From assembly GCA_044440125.1 (NCBI GenBank), contig JBITAJ010000012.1, forward strand, positions 32,001-96,000: DNA of 64,000 bases, read 5' to 3'. The notes beneath the pieces are model-generated. The model was not told where the DNA came from, ran no database searches, and was given only the letters and a program-made list of their open reading frames with translations. Source of the DNA: Sedimentisphaeraceae bacterium JB056. Its GTDB lineage: Bacteria; Planctomycetota; Phycisphaerae; Sedimentisphaerales; Sedimentisphaeraceae. Made by a program: the position numbers and the translations under genes. This document shows, in pieces, positions 48,931 to 57,934 of the stretch. Position 1 is the stretch's first letter; each line of letters begins with the position of its first letter.

Positions 48931-49052
48931 TATGGCATCAGCAGCGCCGCATATTACAAATGGCGTAGCAAATTTGGTAATATGGAAGCCTCTGATATCA
49001 AACGCATGCGTTAGCTTGAACATGAAAACTTTTGTCTCAAGCATATGCCGAT
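48931..49052 (+). mobile_element. Decayed IS3-family OrfA fragment
   Basis: Translates as YGISSAAYYKWRSKFGNMEASDIKRMR*LEHENFCLKHM, the typical IS3 OrfA HTH/leucine-zipper pattern, with an in-frame stop. Confidence 0.8.
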
Positions 49053-49100
49053 TCCAGCAAGCTGATTGCTAAGCCCAAGGAGCTTGCATCCAGATATGTT

Positions 49101-50585
49101 TCATTTTTTATTATGTCTAATTGACATAATAACTCCAGCAATAATAGATAGTAACATCACTCCCCAGCCACCAATTATTATAGAAGAAGGGGAATATCCT
49201 GAATACCAGCCAGAAAATTCATTAATAAATTTTGAACCAAATACAAAGATTAGAATTATTGGTATAAAATAAACGATAATAACCTTGGCTATTTTAAGTA
49301 AGTAAACTTTTTTTAATGAGATCGTATTGTTTAGAGTAAATTTTGTTAAAGTGAATTGTCCAAAAATTATACATTCTAGTATTACAATAGCTGCGATGCT
49401 GTAATAAGCAATCCAATGATCAATTATGTCTAACCAATAAAGACCACTGCCAGTGGTGAAAATTAAACTGCCGCCAAATCCTAATAAGCATATTATGCCT
49501 GCCAATATACTCTTTGATTTTGTCCTTGCAGATAAATCGTCACAGCCAGCGACAATTGCTTCAACTGCAGCAAAAACGCTGTCAATTCCTAATGAAACCA
49601 AAATGACGAAAAATATGATACCCCATAAAGGTGCAAATGGAAGATTTGATATTGCCATTGGGTAGGATACAAAAGCAAGAAAAATGCCATCCAGTTTAAG
49701 GTCAGAAATATTAACACCTGCAGAATGTGCTAAAAACCCCATTGTCGAAAAGACTGTAATGCCTGCAAGTAAACTAAAAAAGACATCAAAACAACAGATT
49801 GTAATTCCAGATTTAATGAGTGCAGAATCTTGTTTTCTTCTGCTTGCGTAAGCTATAACTTGTCCCATGCCTAAACTCATAGATAACATTACCTGAGATG
49901 CAGCAGCAGCCCAAACAGAAATATTGAACATTTTACCGCTTTGAGGTCTGAGAAAATAAGCTACGCCATTTTTAGAACCAGGCATTGTGAAGTTTTCGAA
50001 TATAAATACTATTAGTAAAATAGCCGGCAGTGGTACTGTAATTAATAAAATTTTTGACAATGTTTTTGTTTTTGATCTTGAAATCAAATAAACTCCGCCC
50101 CATACCAAAGCAAGTGCTAATACTGTAGCAAGATTTATTCCTCCTAACTGAAAAGGACCATCTGACATCTTTACAACTTTATCAAGGAAAAATGAAGCAG
50201 GGTCTTTACCCCATGCTTCTGAAAAACTATAAAAAATATATTCTATGCTCCAAGCCAATACAACAGAATAATAAAATAGTATAACTAATGAATTTATTAA
50301 TGCCCACCATCCAATCCAAGTCCATCGCTTATTAATATTTTGAAAAGCAGTTGCTATCGAATTACCCTTTTTACCCATTATTATTTCCAATAGCATAATT
50401 GGTAAGGCAATCAGAAGCATGCAAATAAGATATGGTATAAGAAATGTTCCTCCACCATTTTCATATGCCATATAAGGAAATCTCCAAAGATTACCTACGC
50501 CAACAGCTGCACCAACGCAAGCTAAAATAAAAAAGATTTCTTTAGGCCAAAACTCTCTAATTTTTTTCTTTTTTAATTCAGACAT
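49101..50585 (-). CDS. Sodium-dependent transporter, NSS/SLC6 (LeuT) family
   Basis: 'GAAVGVGNLWRFPYMAYENGGGTFLIPY', 'LAFVSYP', 'LGIDS', 'LDIIDHW'. Confidence 0.95.
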   Translation of the reverse strand: MSELKKKKIREFWPKEIFFILACVGAAVGVGNLWRFPYMAYENGGGTFLIPYLICMLLIALPIMLLEIIMGKKGNSIATAFQNINKRWTWIGWWALINSLVILFYYSVVLAWSIEYIFYSFSEAWGKDPASFFLDKVVKMSDGPFQLGGINLATVLALALVWGGVYLISRSKTKTLSKILLITVPLPAILLIVFIFENFTMPGSKNGVAYFLRPQSGKMFNISVWAAAASQVMLSMSLGMGQVIAYASRRKQDSALIKSGITICCFDVFFSLLAGITVFSTMGFLAHSAGVNISDLKLDGIFLAFVSYPMAISNLPFAPLWGIIFFVILVSLGIDSVFAAVEAIVAGCDDLSARTKSKSILAGIICLLGFGGSLIFTTGSGLYWLDIIDHWIAYYSIAAIVILECIIFGQFTLTKFTLNNTISLKKVYLLKIAKVIIVYFIPIILIFVFGSKFINEFSGWYSGYSPSSIIIGGWGVMLLSIIAGVIMSIRHNKK

Positions 50586-50587
50586 CC

Positions 50588-50749
50588 TTAAAGCTCATTC
50601 CTAATTTCATAATCAGAGAGTTTTTCATTCTCGCAAATCGAACGTGCAGTGTGGCGATTTATAATTATACTTACTATTTTTTGCACATCATCTTCTGGTA
50701 TGTCTACAAGATCTACTAAAGATTCAACAAGTAATTGTTTATTGTTCAT
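50588..50749 (-). CDS. Small 53-aa protein (not in the ORF track)
   Basis: MNNKQLLVESLVDLVDIPEDDVQKIVSIIINRHTARSICENEKLSDYEIRNEL*; ATGA overlap with the upstream stop; its own stop is 2 bp before the transporter ATG. Confidence 0.7.
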   Translation of the reverse strand: MNNKQLLVESLVDLVDIPEDDVQKIVSIIINRHTARSICENEKLSDYEIRNEL

Positions 50750-51879
50750 CTTTCATTGTCCTTAAACATAAGGTTAGTATTAAATGGTAATCTTGTTGTA
50801 TCTCGACTTAACAAGGTTACTATATTTAATTTTCTATCTTTACTATATTTACATAAATAAGTTGAAATTAAGTCTGTTGTTCTTCGTGATTTTACTTCAA
50901 TTGCAATATCTTTCATTTCAAATGCTTCTGTTTTCTCTCTTGGTTCATACATGAAAATTTGAGCAAAAGAGAAACTATATTTTTTGAGAAACTTGATATT
51001 TTCCTGATGGTCCATTTCTGTTTCAGAAGGAAACCCTGCCATAATATCAGTTGAAATATTTTTTACACCATACGATAATAGAGTATTATAAACGGTATAG
51101 AAATTTTCCAAAGAATATTCTCTTCTCATTTTTCTTAAAATCTTATTACTTGCTGATTGGATTGGAATGTGTATATTTCCAGTAATATTGTTATGGGAAA
51201 GTAAAGCTATATCATCAAATTTGCTTTCAAGGAGCCATTTGATACCGATTGGTCCTAACTTTATTTTCTGTGTTGGGTATTTCTGAAAGACATATTTTAG
51301 TAATTGCCATATATCTGTATCTTTATCTAAACCATATGCTCCAATATCTTGTCCTACAAACTTGATATATGCTAATGATGAAGATTTTTCTATATCTTTA
51401 CAAATATCACCGATATCTCTGCTTAGATGTCTTCCGCGTGCTAATTTTACAGAACAATAAGCACAATTTCCATAGCATCCTTCAGATATTGTTATATTCT
51501 GTATTGGATTTAGAGTGGATACTATTTCCAAAGGGGTTAGATGAAAATATTTCGAAATAAAATTTTGTATTTCACCTTTTTTGATGTAATGCAATTTATT
51601 GTTTTTGTGTTTTTTTCTCAGGAAACAACCCGATGCTATAATCAGATGAAAATTTTTATACTCGTAAATATCGTTAAGTAATTTTTCGAATTCATGTTCT
51701 TTTTGCATACTGAAGGTGCAACCTAATATTATAAATATATCAGCAATTTCAGAATCAACCTCGCTTAAGCCTAAAACATTGAGTTCATCTTTAATGACAT
51801 TGGCATCATATTCTAAGCACCCACATCCGTTGTGTATTATACAGTAGCCAGATATATTGTTTTTTGATTTACAGCTCAT
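50746..51879 (-). CDS. Radical-SAM methylthiotransferase-family protein lacking a TRAM domain
   Basis: UPF0004 cysteines 'NGC', 'LGCT', 'SGC'; CxxxCxxC 'EGCYGNCAYC'; 'GQDIGAYG', 'HIPIQSAS', 'TDIMAGFPSET'. Confidence 0.9.
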   Translation of the reverse strand: MSCKSKNNISGYCIIHNGCGCLEYDANVIKDELNVLGLSEVDSEIADIFIILGCTFSMQKEHEFEKLLNDIYEYKNFHLIIASGCFLRKKHKNNKLHYIKKGEIQNFISKYFHLTPLEIVSTLNPIQNITISEGCYGNCAYCSVKLARGRHLSRDIGDICKDIEKSSSLAYIKFVGQDIGAYGLDKDTDIWQLLKYVFQKYPTQKIKLGPIGIKWLLESKFDDIALLSHNNITGNIHIPIQSASNKILRKMRREYSLENFYTVYNTLLSYGVKNISTDIMAGFPSETEMDHQENIKFLKKYSFSFAQIFMYEPREKTEAFEMKDIAIEVKSRRTTDLISTYLCKYSKDRKLNIVTLLSRDTTRLPFNTNLMFKDNER

Positions 51880-53437
51880 TTTTAAGCTCGCTAATAAATT
51901 GCCCTTTTCCTGCGCATCGCAAAAGATGCAAAGGATGGTATTTATTTTTTGTTTCTTTTGCTAGGCATCCAATATTGCCGATATAGTTTGATAAGTTATG
52001 TATTGCGCTTTTACCTTTCATATCATTTGGTTCTTCATTGTTACTATGATTGGCTAAAACAACCTTTTCCTGAAGTTTTATTGCAAATTTTTTTAAATTT
52101 TCATGATAGCATTCTGCAATATCTTCTACCGCTTTTAATGGAATATGAAATCCATTTTCGAAATGATTTTTGTGTTGTTTTTTCTCGTGTAATTCTTTGT
52201 TAATCGGGTAGTAAGCGATTCTGTTGGTTAAATCCAATCCTCCACCCCAAATGCGTATATTCTGGTTTTGAAACATCACCGCACAATCTATTGTAGGTTT
52301 TATTTTGCCTGGTTCTATTAACATTTTGATCAATGCTTTTTTAAGTGTTGCCAATGCATCGCAATAAGTTAGCTTGTTATTTTGCTTATAATCGATATTT
52401 CTTATTTCAGGTAACCCTATGTGTTTAAGGATGCCGTTAAAGTAATTTCTTTCTGACAATATGATTTCTAGAAAATCATCTAATGCAATCACTGCGATTG
52501 GCATTGACATCGCCAAATGTATCAACGATAATTCTTTTAATCTGTCAATTGTTCTATTGTTTGTTGCTACAATATCATGATAACATTCTGGGATGATCAT
52601 AATTCGAGATGCTATTGTTTCATTTTCATGGTTTCGTATTACTGAGTCATGTAAAGCAAGATGAACTTGCATATATGGGGAAAACCATTCAGATAAAGTC
52701 ATTTGTACATTTATAAATAAAGCTTCCTTGCAATTTTTTAAATCTGTAAGCATGTTATTTACAGTTGTGTAATGAATATCTTCTATTTCCTTTGGAGGTA
52801 TGTTTTCGCCAATAATTTGAGAAATATCATCTTTTAAGGTTTTTAGCTTTCCTTCAATTTCCTCTTTATCTTGAAAGTAATCTTCAAATTTTTTTTCAGG
52901 TTGATTATTTGTAGTCTTTTTTATTATTTCTAAAAATACTTCTTTTATATTGTTTAATGCTTTGGTGTCAATTTGTATATCGTCCGGATTTGCAATTTGA
53001 ACTGATTGAATATTTTTAAGAGGGCTGTTTATTTTTCTTCTATCAACACCAAAGTACATAATCATTGCATTCTTATTTTGGCTAGTCAATCGACCTAGTT
53101 CATAGAATAACCAAGGGGACGAAATGTTTTCATGTGTTACAAATAATAATCCTAGAGAACTATCATTTAGTTCTTTTTCTAAGTTTACAACCCAATTGGA
53201 ACCCATCTCAATGTCAACAAAAGACACAAAAGTATTTTTATTCTTAAAGGTTTCACTAAAGAAAGTATTGAATTTTTCTGTAAGTTGTTTGCTATATTGA
53301 CCTGACCAACTTAAAAAACATTTTCCTTCAGATTGATTAGTAGCTTTGCACATCTCTAACATTACCTCAATAATTCGTTTTAGCATAAATTTATGAGAAT
53401 TACAACGTAAAAAACTGCAAATTTCATTGTAAGCCAT
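51869..53437 (-). CDS. TIR-domain protein with unknown C-terminal domain
   Basis: 'CFLSWSG...DIEMGSNW...ELNDSSLGLLFVTHENISSPWLFYELG' (TIR_2-like, catalytic Glu retained); true start may be 53353. Confidence 0.85.
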   Translation of the reverse strand: MAYNEICSFLRCNSHKFMLKRIIEVMLEMCKATNQSEGKCFLSWSGQYSKQLTEKFNTFFSETFKNKNTFVSFVDIEMGSNWVVNLEKELNDSSLGLLFVTHENISSPWLFYELGRLTSQNKNAMIMYFGVDRRKINSPLKNIQSVQIANPDDIQIDTKALNNIKEVFLEIIKKTTNNQPEKKFEDYFQDKEEIEGKLKTLKDDISQIIGENIPPKEIEDIHYTTVNNMLTDLKNCKEALFINVQMTLSEWFSPYMQVHLALHDSVIRNHENETIASRIMIIPECYHDIVATNNRTIDRLKELSLIHLAMSMPIAVIALDDFLEIILSERNYFNGILKHIGLPEIRNIDYKQNNKLTYCDALATLKKALIKMLIEPGKIKPTIDCAVMFQNQNIRIWGGGLDLTNRIAYYPINKELHEKKQHKNHFENGFHIPLKAVEDIAECYHENLKKFAIKLQEKVVLANHSNNEEPNDMKGKSAIHNLSNYIGNIGCLAKETKNKYHPLHLLRCAGKGQFISELKNEL

Positions 53438-53582
53438 AATTTATATACAAAAATATATTAATAGACTATAGCAAATGTGCAATATTATTTTGGTATTTTT
53501 TAATAAGCTTATTAAAAAAATTAAATTGTATTAAAAGTAAACATAAGGTATAGTTTGGGGCTACTCTATAATTAGCCAAAAT

Positions 53583-53613
53583 GAATTGGCTAGTGTTATC
53601 ACATAGCCAATTC
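53583..53613. terminator. Hairpin at the island's right border, after the exonuclease gene
   Basis: GAATTGGCTA-N11-TAGCCAATTC. Confidence 0.45.
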
Positions 53614-53621
53614 TAAGACTT

Positions 53622-54302
53622 TTAACTGAGGTTTGGCATTCTTGAGAGGGTTTTGCCTGTTGGTTTGAGGTTGAAGTTTTCGCAGGTTGGCAGGGGTGAG
53701 TTTTCAAAGCTGTCGATGAATTTATAGCGTTTAAGTAGGGATAAGTGTTTGTATGTTTTGATGTTACGTTGCCTCATCTGCTCGAAATACACATCCATCA
53801 GCTTTGCTGAAGCCAAAGCATCAGCTCCGGCGGTGTGGGCATTTTCAAGCGTGATATTATGCTTCTGACAAGCGAGATCAAGGCTGCACCTATCGCCTAT
53901 ATCAAGCATCTTTCGCATGTACATAAGGCAAAAATGCGGTACTTCCCAGTCAACACCCGCCATAGCAAGCTCATGTCTGAGGAATTTGATATCGAAATAG
54001 ACATTATATGCCGCTACCATACAGCCCGAAAGTGAGTCTACAAAATCTCCGGCTATCTCTTCGAATACAGGAGCATCTTCAACGTCTGAGTTTCTGATGC
54101 CGTGAATATATGTTGCCCCAACGTTGCGGCAGGGGTTTACGAGCGTATCAAAAGCGATATAGGGTTCTTTGCCCGGTTCAACTTTTACAACAGATACCTC
54201 AACAACGCGATCGTTGCCAGGCATCATGCCTGTTGTCTCAAAGTCGATAACGGCTATCGGCAGTTCTTCTATGTTGTGGTTGTATACGCCTGATTTTGTC
54301 AT
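53622..54302 (-). CDS. DEDDh 3'-5' exonuclease (DnaQ-like)
   Basis: 'VIDFETTG', 'YNVYFDIKFL', 'AHTAGADA'. Confidence 0.92.
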   Translation of the reverse strand: MTKSGVYNHNIEELPIAVIDFETTGMMPGNDRVVEVSVVKVEPGKEPYIAFDTLVNPCRNVGATYIHGIRNSDVEDAPVFEEIAGDFVDSLSGCMVAAYNVYFDIKFLRHELAMAGVDWEVPHFCLMYMRKMLDIGDRCSLDLACQKHNITLENAHTAGADALASAKLMDVYFEQMRQRNIKTYKHLSLLKRYKFIDSFENSPLPTCENFNLKPTGKTLSRMPNLS

Positions 54303-54320
54303 TGGTTCTTTTTCGTGAGA

Positions 54321-55976
54321 TTAAAACTTGGCCGGCGGCATTTGCGTGCGATAATGATTTGTTATCGGAAGTCGCCTGTCGCGACCGAATGCCTTTGGCG
54401 TGATCTTTATACCCGGAGGCGATTGACGTCTCTTATATTCGTTGCAGTCGATGAGCCTTATTACCCTGTTGATTTCCGCGGCATCGTAGCCAAGCTCGTT
54501 TACAATCTCCTGCGCAGAGCAATCCATCTCCACATAATGGGTTACTATCGAGTCGAGCATATCGTAGTCTGGCAGTGAATCGGTGTCTTTCTGATCAGGT
54601 CGAAGCTCCGCGCTCGGTGGCCTTGTTATCGTGCTTACAGGGATAACCTCACGGCCTGCGTGTTCGTTTACGTATTCGCTGAGCTTGAAGACAAGCGTTT
54701 TAGGCACATCTTTTATGATCGCAAATCCGCCGGCGGTATCGCCATACAGAGTTGAGTAGCCGACCGCGGTTTCGCTTTTATTGCCGGTGGTAAGCACCAT
54801 GTAGCCGAACTGATTGCTGAGTGACATAAGCATTGTGCCGCGGATACGTGCCTGAAGGTTTTCGTAGGCGGTTTTCGAGTCGTCCCAGCCGTCAACCAAG
54901 CCCAATACATTGTGAAACTCGCCTAAAGTATCGGCAATTGGTATGGTGTGGAATTCGATTCCCAGATTCTGGGCCAGAAGCCCCGCGTCGCTTATGGTAT
55001 CGGAGCTGTTGAATTTCGACGGCATTGTGACGCCGATTACGTTTTCCTTGCCAAGAGCTTCTACGGCGATTGCCGCTACGAGAGCTGAATCAATACCGCC
55101 GCTGAGACCCATTATTATTTTCTTAAACCCACTTTTTCGCACATAGTCGCGGGTTCCCAGCACCAAAGCTCCATAAACTTCCTCAACAGTTTTTCTTGGC
55201 TGAGCCGCCTTGTCCTGACAAGGCTCTATCATTGCCTTGCCCGAATCATCGAGCGTTATGTTTGCAGAAATCATATCTTCGTCGAATACAGCGGCCTTGC
55301 TCAAAACGACGCCGGCAATGTTCGTAAACATGCTTCTGCCGTCAAAGACCAGCTCATCCTGACCGCCTACCATGTTGCAGTATGCTATAGGGGTATCAAA
55401 TCTGCCGGCGGCTTTTGCGATTATGCGTTTTCTTTCTTCGATTTTCCCTTTGTGGAATGGTGATGCAGAGAGGTTGAGCAGAAGGTGCTTGTCTTCTGTT
55501 GCCTCCACTATCGAGGCGATTTTTTCAGTTTGCCATATATCTTCGCATATCGTTACTGCGATTTTGACACCGTCTGTTACGAACGAAACCGGTTTGTTTC
55601 CCGGCACAAAATAACGCCTCTCATCGAACACGCCGTAGTTGGGCAGCAATTTTTTATGGTACACATCGACGATTTTGCCGTCAGTGATTATAGCTGCCGC
55701 ATTGTAGCATTCGTCACCAAGCGGCTGAGCAAACCCTACTATAAGGGTCTTTTTATTGCATCTGTCGGCAACTGCCTGAAGGCCGAGGGTGTTATGATCG
55801 AGGAAGTGCTTTTTAAGCAGTAAATCTTCCGGCGGATAGCCGCACAATGCGAGTTCTGGAAACACAACGACATCGGCGCCGTCAGCTATCGCTTTATCGT
55901 AATATTCAACGATTTTGCCGATATTATAGCCGAAATCGCCAACTATGGGGTTTATCTGTGCAAGTGATATCTTCAA
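54321..55976 (-). CDS. nadE: Glutamine-dependent NAD+ synthetase
   Basis: Nitrilase domain 'FPEL', 'LPNYGVFDE', 'ICEDIW'; 'GLSGGIDS', 'TGNKSE', 'PSAELRPDQ'. Confidence 0.97.
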   Translation of the reverse strand: MKISLAQINPIVGDFGYNIGKIVEYYDKAIADGADVVVFPELALCGYPPEDLLLKKHFLDHNTLGLQAVADRCNKKTLIVGFAQPLGDECYNAAAIITDGKIVDVYHKKLLPNYGVFDERRYFVPGNKPVSFVTDGVKIAVTICEDIWQTEKIASIVEATEDKHLLLNLSASPFHKGKIEERKRIIAKAAGRFDTPIAYCNMVGGQDELVFDGRSMFTNIAGVVLSKAAVFDEDMISANITLDDSGKAMIEPCQDKAAQPRKTVEEVYGALVLGTRDYVRKSGFKKIIMGLSGGIDSALVAAIAVEALGKENVIGVTMPSKFNSSDTISDAGLLAQNLGIEFHTIPIADTLGEFHNVLGLVDGWDDSKTAYENLQARIRGTMLMSLSNQFGYMVLTTGNKSETAVGYSTLYGDTAGGFAIIKDVPKTLVFKLSEYVNEHAGREVIPVSTITRPPSAELRPDQKDTDSLPDYDMLDSIVTHYVEMDCSAQEIVNELGYDAAEINRVIRLIDCNEYKRRQSPPGIKITPKAFGRDRRLPITNHYRTQMPPAKF

Positions 55977-56013
55977 TTTATCGCCTTGGTACTTATCAAA
56001 ATTTAATATATTA

Positions 56014-56802
56014 TTATGCTACATCTCTGAGTTTTTGTATGCTCTCTGAGTCTTCCTTTTTACTCCATCGTATGTATTCTGCGCCACAACTATCTAATGC
56101 ATTAATATATTCGTCTTTAATTTCTGTCTCGATATCATTAATGACAGCCAAGCCTATAATATTCTTTTCTGTTTGTTTTTCTCTTACCCTTTTTATATCT
56201 TCCCATGTAAACAAAAATTGAGGCAAATTCATTTTATTAATTGAATTGAATGATTTAATTACTATTTCTGTTTTTTTGTATGCGATTTGAAAATCAAAAG
56301 TAAATTCTAACCCAGTACTTCCCTTTGATATGAAATGTGGAGTGTAGATTATTTCATGATCATCAAGATAAGATTTAACATCTTCCCTAAATACAGATGA
56401 TACAGTATGTTTTGCTAGGCAGTAAAGGTCATTAATTTCTGAAATCGCAGATATTATATTCAATTTTTTTTGCGGAAAATTTTTTTCATTTGCTTCAGCA
56501 ACAAGCTCTTTATCCAAAAGCTTAATGTCATAATTTAATAAAATTTTATCTAAAATCTGTTTTCTTTTTTGCGACCTCATTATTTCCATGCCATAAAGCT
56601 CTAAATTTCGTAATGTATTTCCATCATCAGATAGGAAAATTTTATTCTTGTCTTTTTTTGCATAAATATCTAATGTGTCATTGAATGAACTCGTGAACGG
56701 AGTACTTATTTCAACCCATTCAGAGCTGTTACTTGTAGAAAGGACAGTATTTTCCTTTAAGAATGAATAATAATTATTCATTAATTCTTCTATCCAGTTC
56801 AT
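56014..56802 (-). CDS. DUF1828/DUF1829-like protein
   Basis: 'EISTPF...DTLDIYA...LSDDG.TL..L'; 'GSTGLEFTFDF', 'FTWEDI', 'INDIE'. Confidence 0.75.
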   Translation of the reverse strand: MNWIEELMNNYYSFLKENTVLSTSNSSEWVEISTPFTSSFNDTLDIYAKKDKNKIFLSDDGNTLRNLELYGMEIMRSQKRKQILDKILLNYDIKLLDKELVAEANEKNFPQKKLNIISAISEINDLYCLAKHTVSSVFREDVKSYLDDHEIIYTPHFISKGSTGLEFTFDFQIAYKKTEIVIKSFNSINKMNLPQFLFTWEDIKRVREKQTEKNIIGLAVINDIETEIKDEYINALDSCGAEYIRWSKKEDSESIQKLRDVA

Positions 56803-57320
56803 TGTAACCTCATTTGTAAATGTAAGTCTATATTGGTACGAACATTAATTATATCAAAAAAACTTTTCAATACAGGTATTATACCATGCTGTCTACTAAT
56901 ATCTTTTATTCTGAAATTATCTTTATCTAATGGAATTGCCCAAACAAGTTGTTTATAACCATCAACAACATAGTGGATATGGCCAGGCTTTTTATCCAAA
57001 TATATGCCTGCATATGGTTTAAACTTTTCAGGAACAGATTCAAGAACAACTTCTGGATTTTTATGCCGTTGATGGTAGTCAATACGTAATAAACCGTGTT
57101 TTGTTATATCATCTAAATGGTGTAATGATATTTTAAGTGCCTTTTTTTCACTTTCTTTGATGTCTACAATAAATACTTGCTCTGAGTCATCGCTTGATAC
57201 AAGATCCAGTCGTAATCTTATTGGGCTTTCAAGTTTAATGATTTTGGTATCAATTATTTTACCTTTTTCAATTACATGTTTGTCCAGATTTATTAGATTT
57301 GTAGCTGTCTGTGCATCCAT
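56799..57320 (-). CDS. Hypothetical protein (DUF6978-like partner of DUF1828/1829)
   Basis: 'LLRIDY...HKNP...HIHY...WAIPL'; ATGA overlap with the downstream gene. Confidence 0.65.
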   Translation of the reverse strand: MDAQTATNLINLDKHVIEKGKIIDTKIIKLESPIRLRLDLVSSDDSEQVFIVDIKESEKKALKISLHHLDDITKHGLLRIDYHQRHKNPEVVLESVPEKFKPYAGIYLDKKPGHIHYVVDGYKQLVWAIPLDKDNFRIKDISRQHGIIPVLKSFFDIINVRTNIDLHLQMRLQ

Positions 57321-57334
57321 TTGTTTGACCTATA

Positions 57335-57919
57335 TTAAAACTTAACTTCGGGGACTTCTGTTTTTGCCTGTTCGGTGGCCTCGAAGTATGGGGCTTCTTC
57401 AACATTGGCGATCGAGCAGAAGAAGGAACCAAATAGGCTGCGGCGGTAGCTGTTGAGGGCTGTTGCCGCCTCATTATACCGCTTTCTTTCTACGCTGATG
57501 CGGTTTTCTGTGCCTTCAAGGCTGTCCATAAGAGCCATGAAGCTCTGATCGGCCTTGAGGGTTGGATAGTTTTCCTGAAGCATCAGCAGTCTTGAAAGTA
57601 CGCCGCTGAATTCATTGGCCGCGTTGATCTTGCTTGCTCTGTCGGCATTGGTGAAATATTTTGTACGCGCTTCTGCAAGCGATTCGAATATCCCTTTTTC
57701 GTGCTCGGCATAGCCTTTTACGGTGTTGACGAGATTTGGGATAAGATCGAAACGCCTTTGAAGATTTGTGTCAACATTCGACCATGCCTGCTTGACTTGC
57801 TCGTCCATTGCAACGGCTTTATCATAGCCGCTGCGGAACCACGAGAATATCGCGATGCCTATGATAAGTATTACAGCAAGTGTTATAAGTAAGAATTTTC
57901 CAATTCCGCCGTGACGCAT
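57335..57919 (-). CDS. lemA: LemA family protein
   Basis: N-terminal TM; 'QRRFDLIPNLVNTVKGYAEHE', 'ENYPTLKA', 'EGTENRI'. Confidence 0.95.
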   Translation of the reverse strand: MRHGGIGKFLLITLAVILIIGIAIFSWFRSGYDKAVAMDEQVKQAWSNVDTNLQRRFDLIPNLVNTVKGYAEHEKGIFESLAEARTKYFTNADRASKINAANEFSGVLSRLLMLQENYPTLKADQSFMALMDSLEGTENRISVERKRYNEAATALNSYRRSLFGSFFCSIANVEEAPYFEATEQAKTEVPEVKF

Positions 57920-57934
57920 AGCTCTCTCCTTTAA

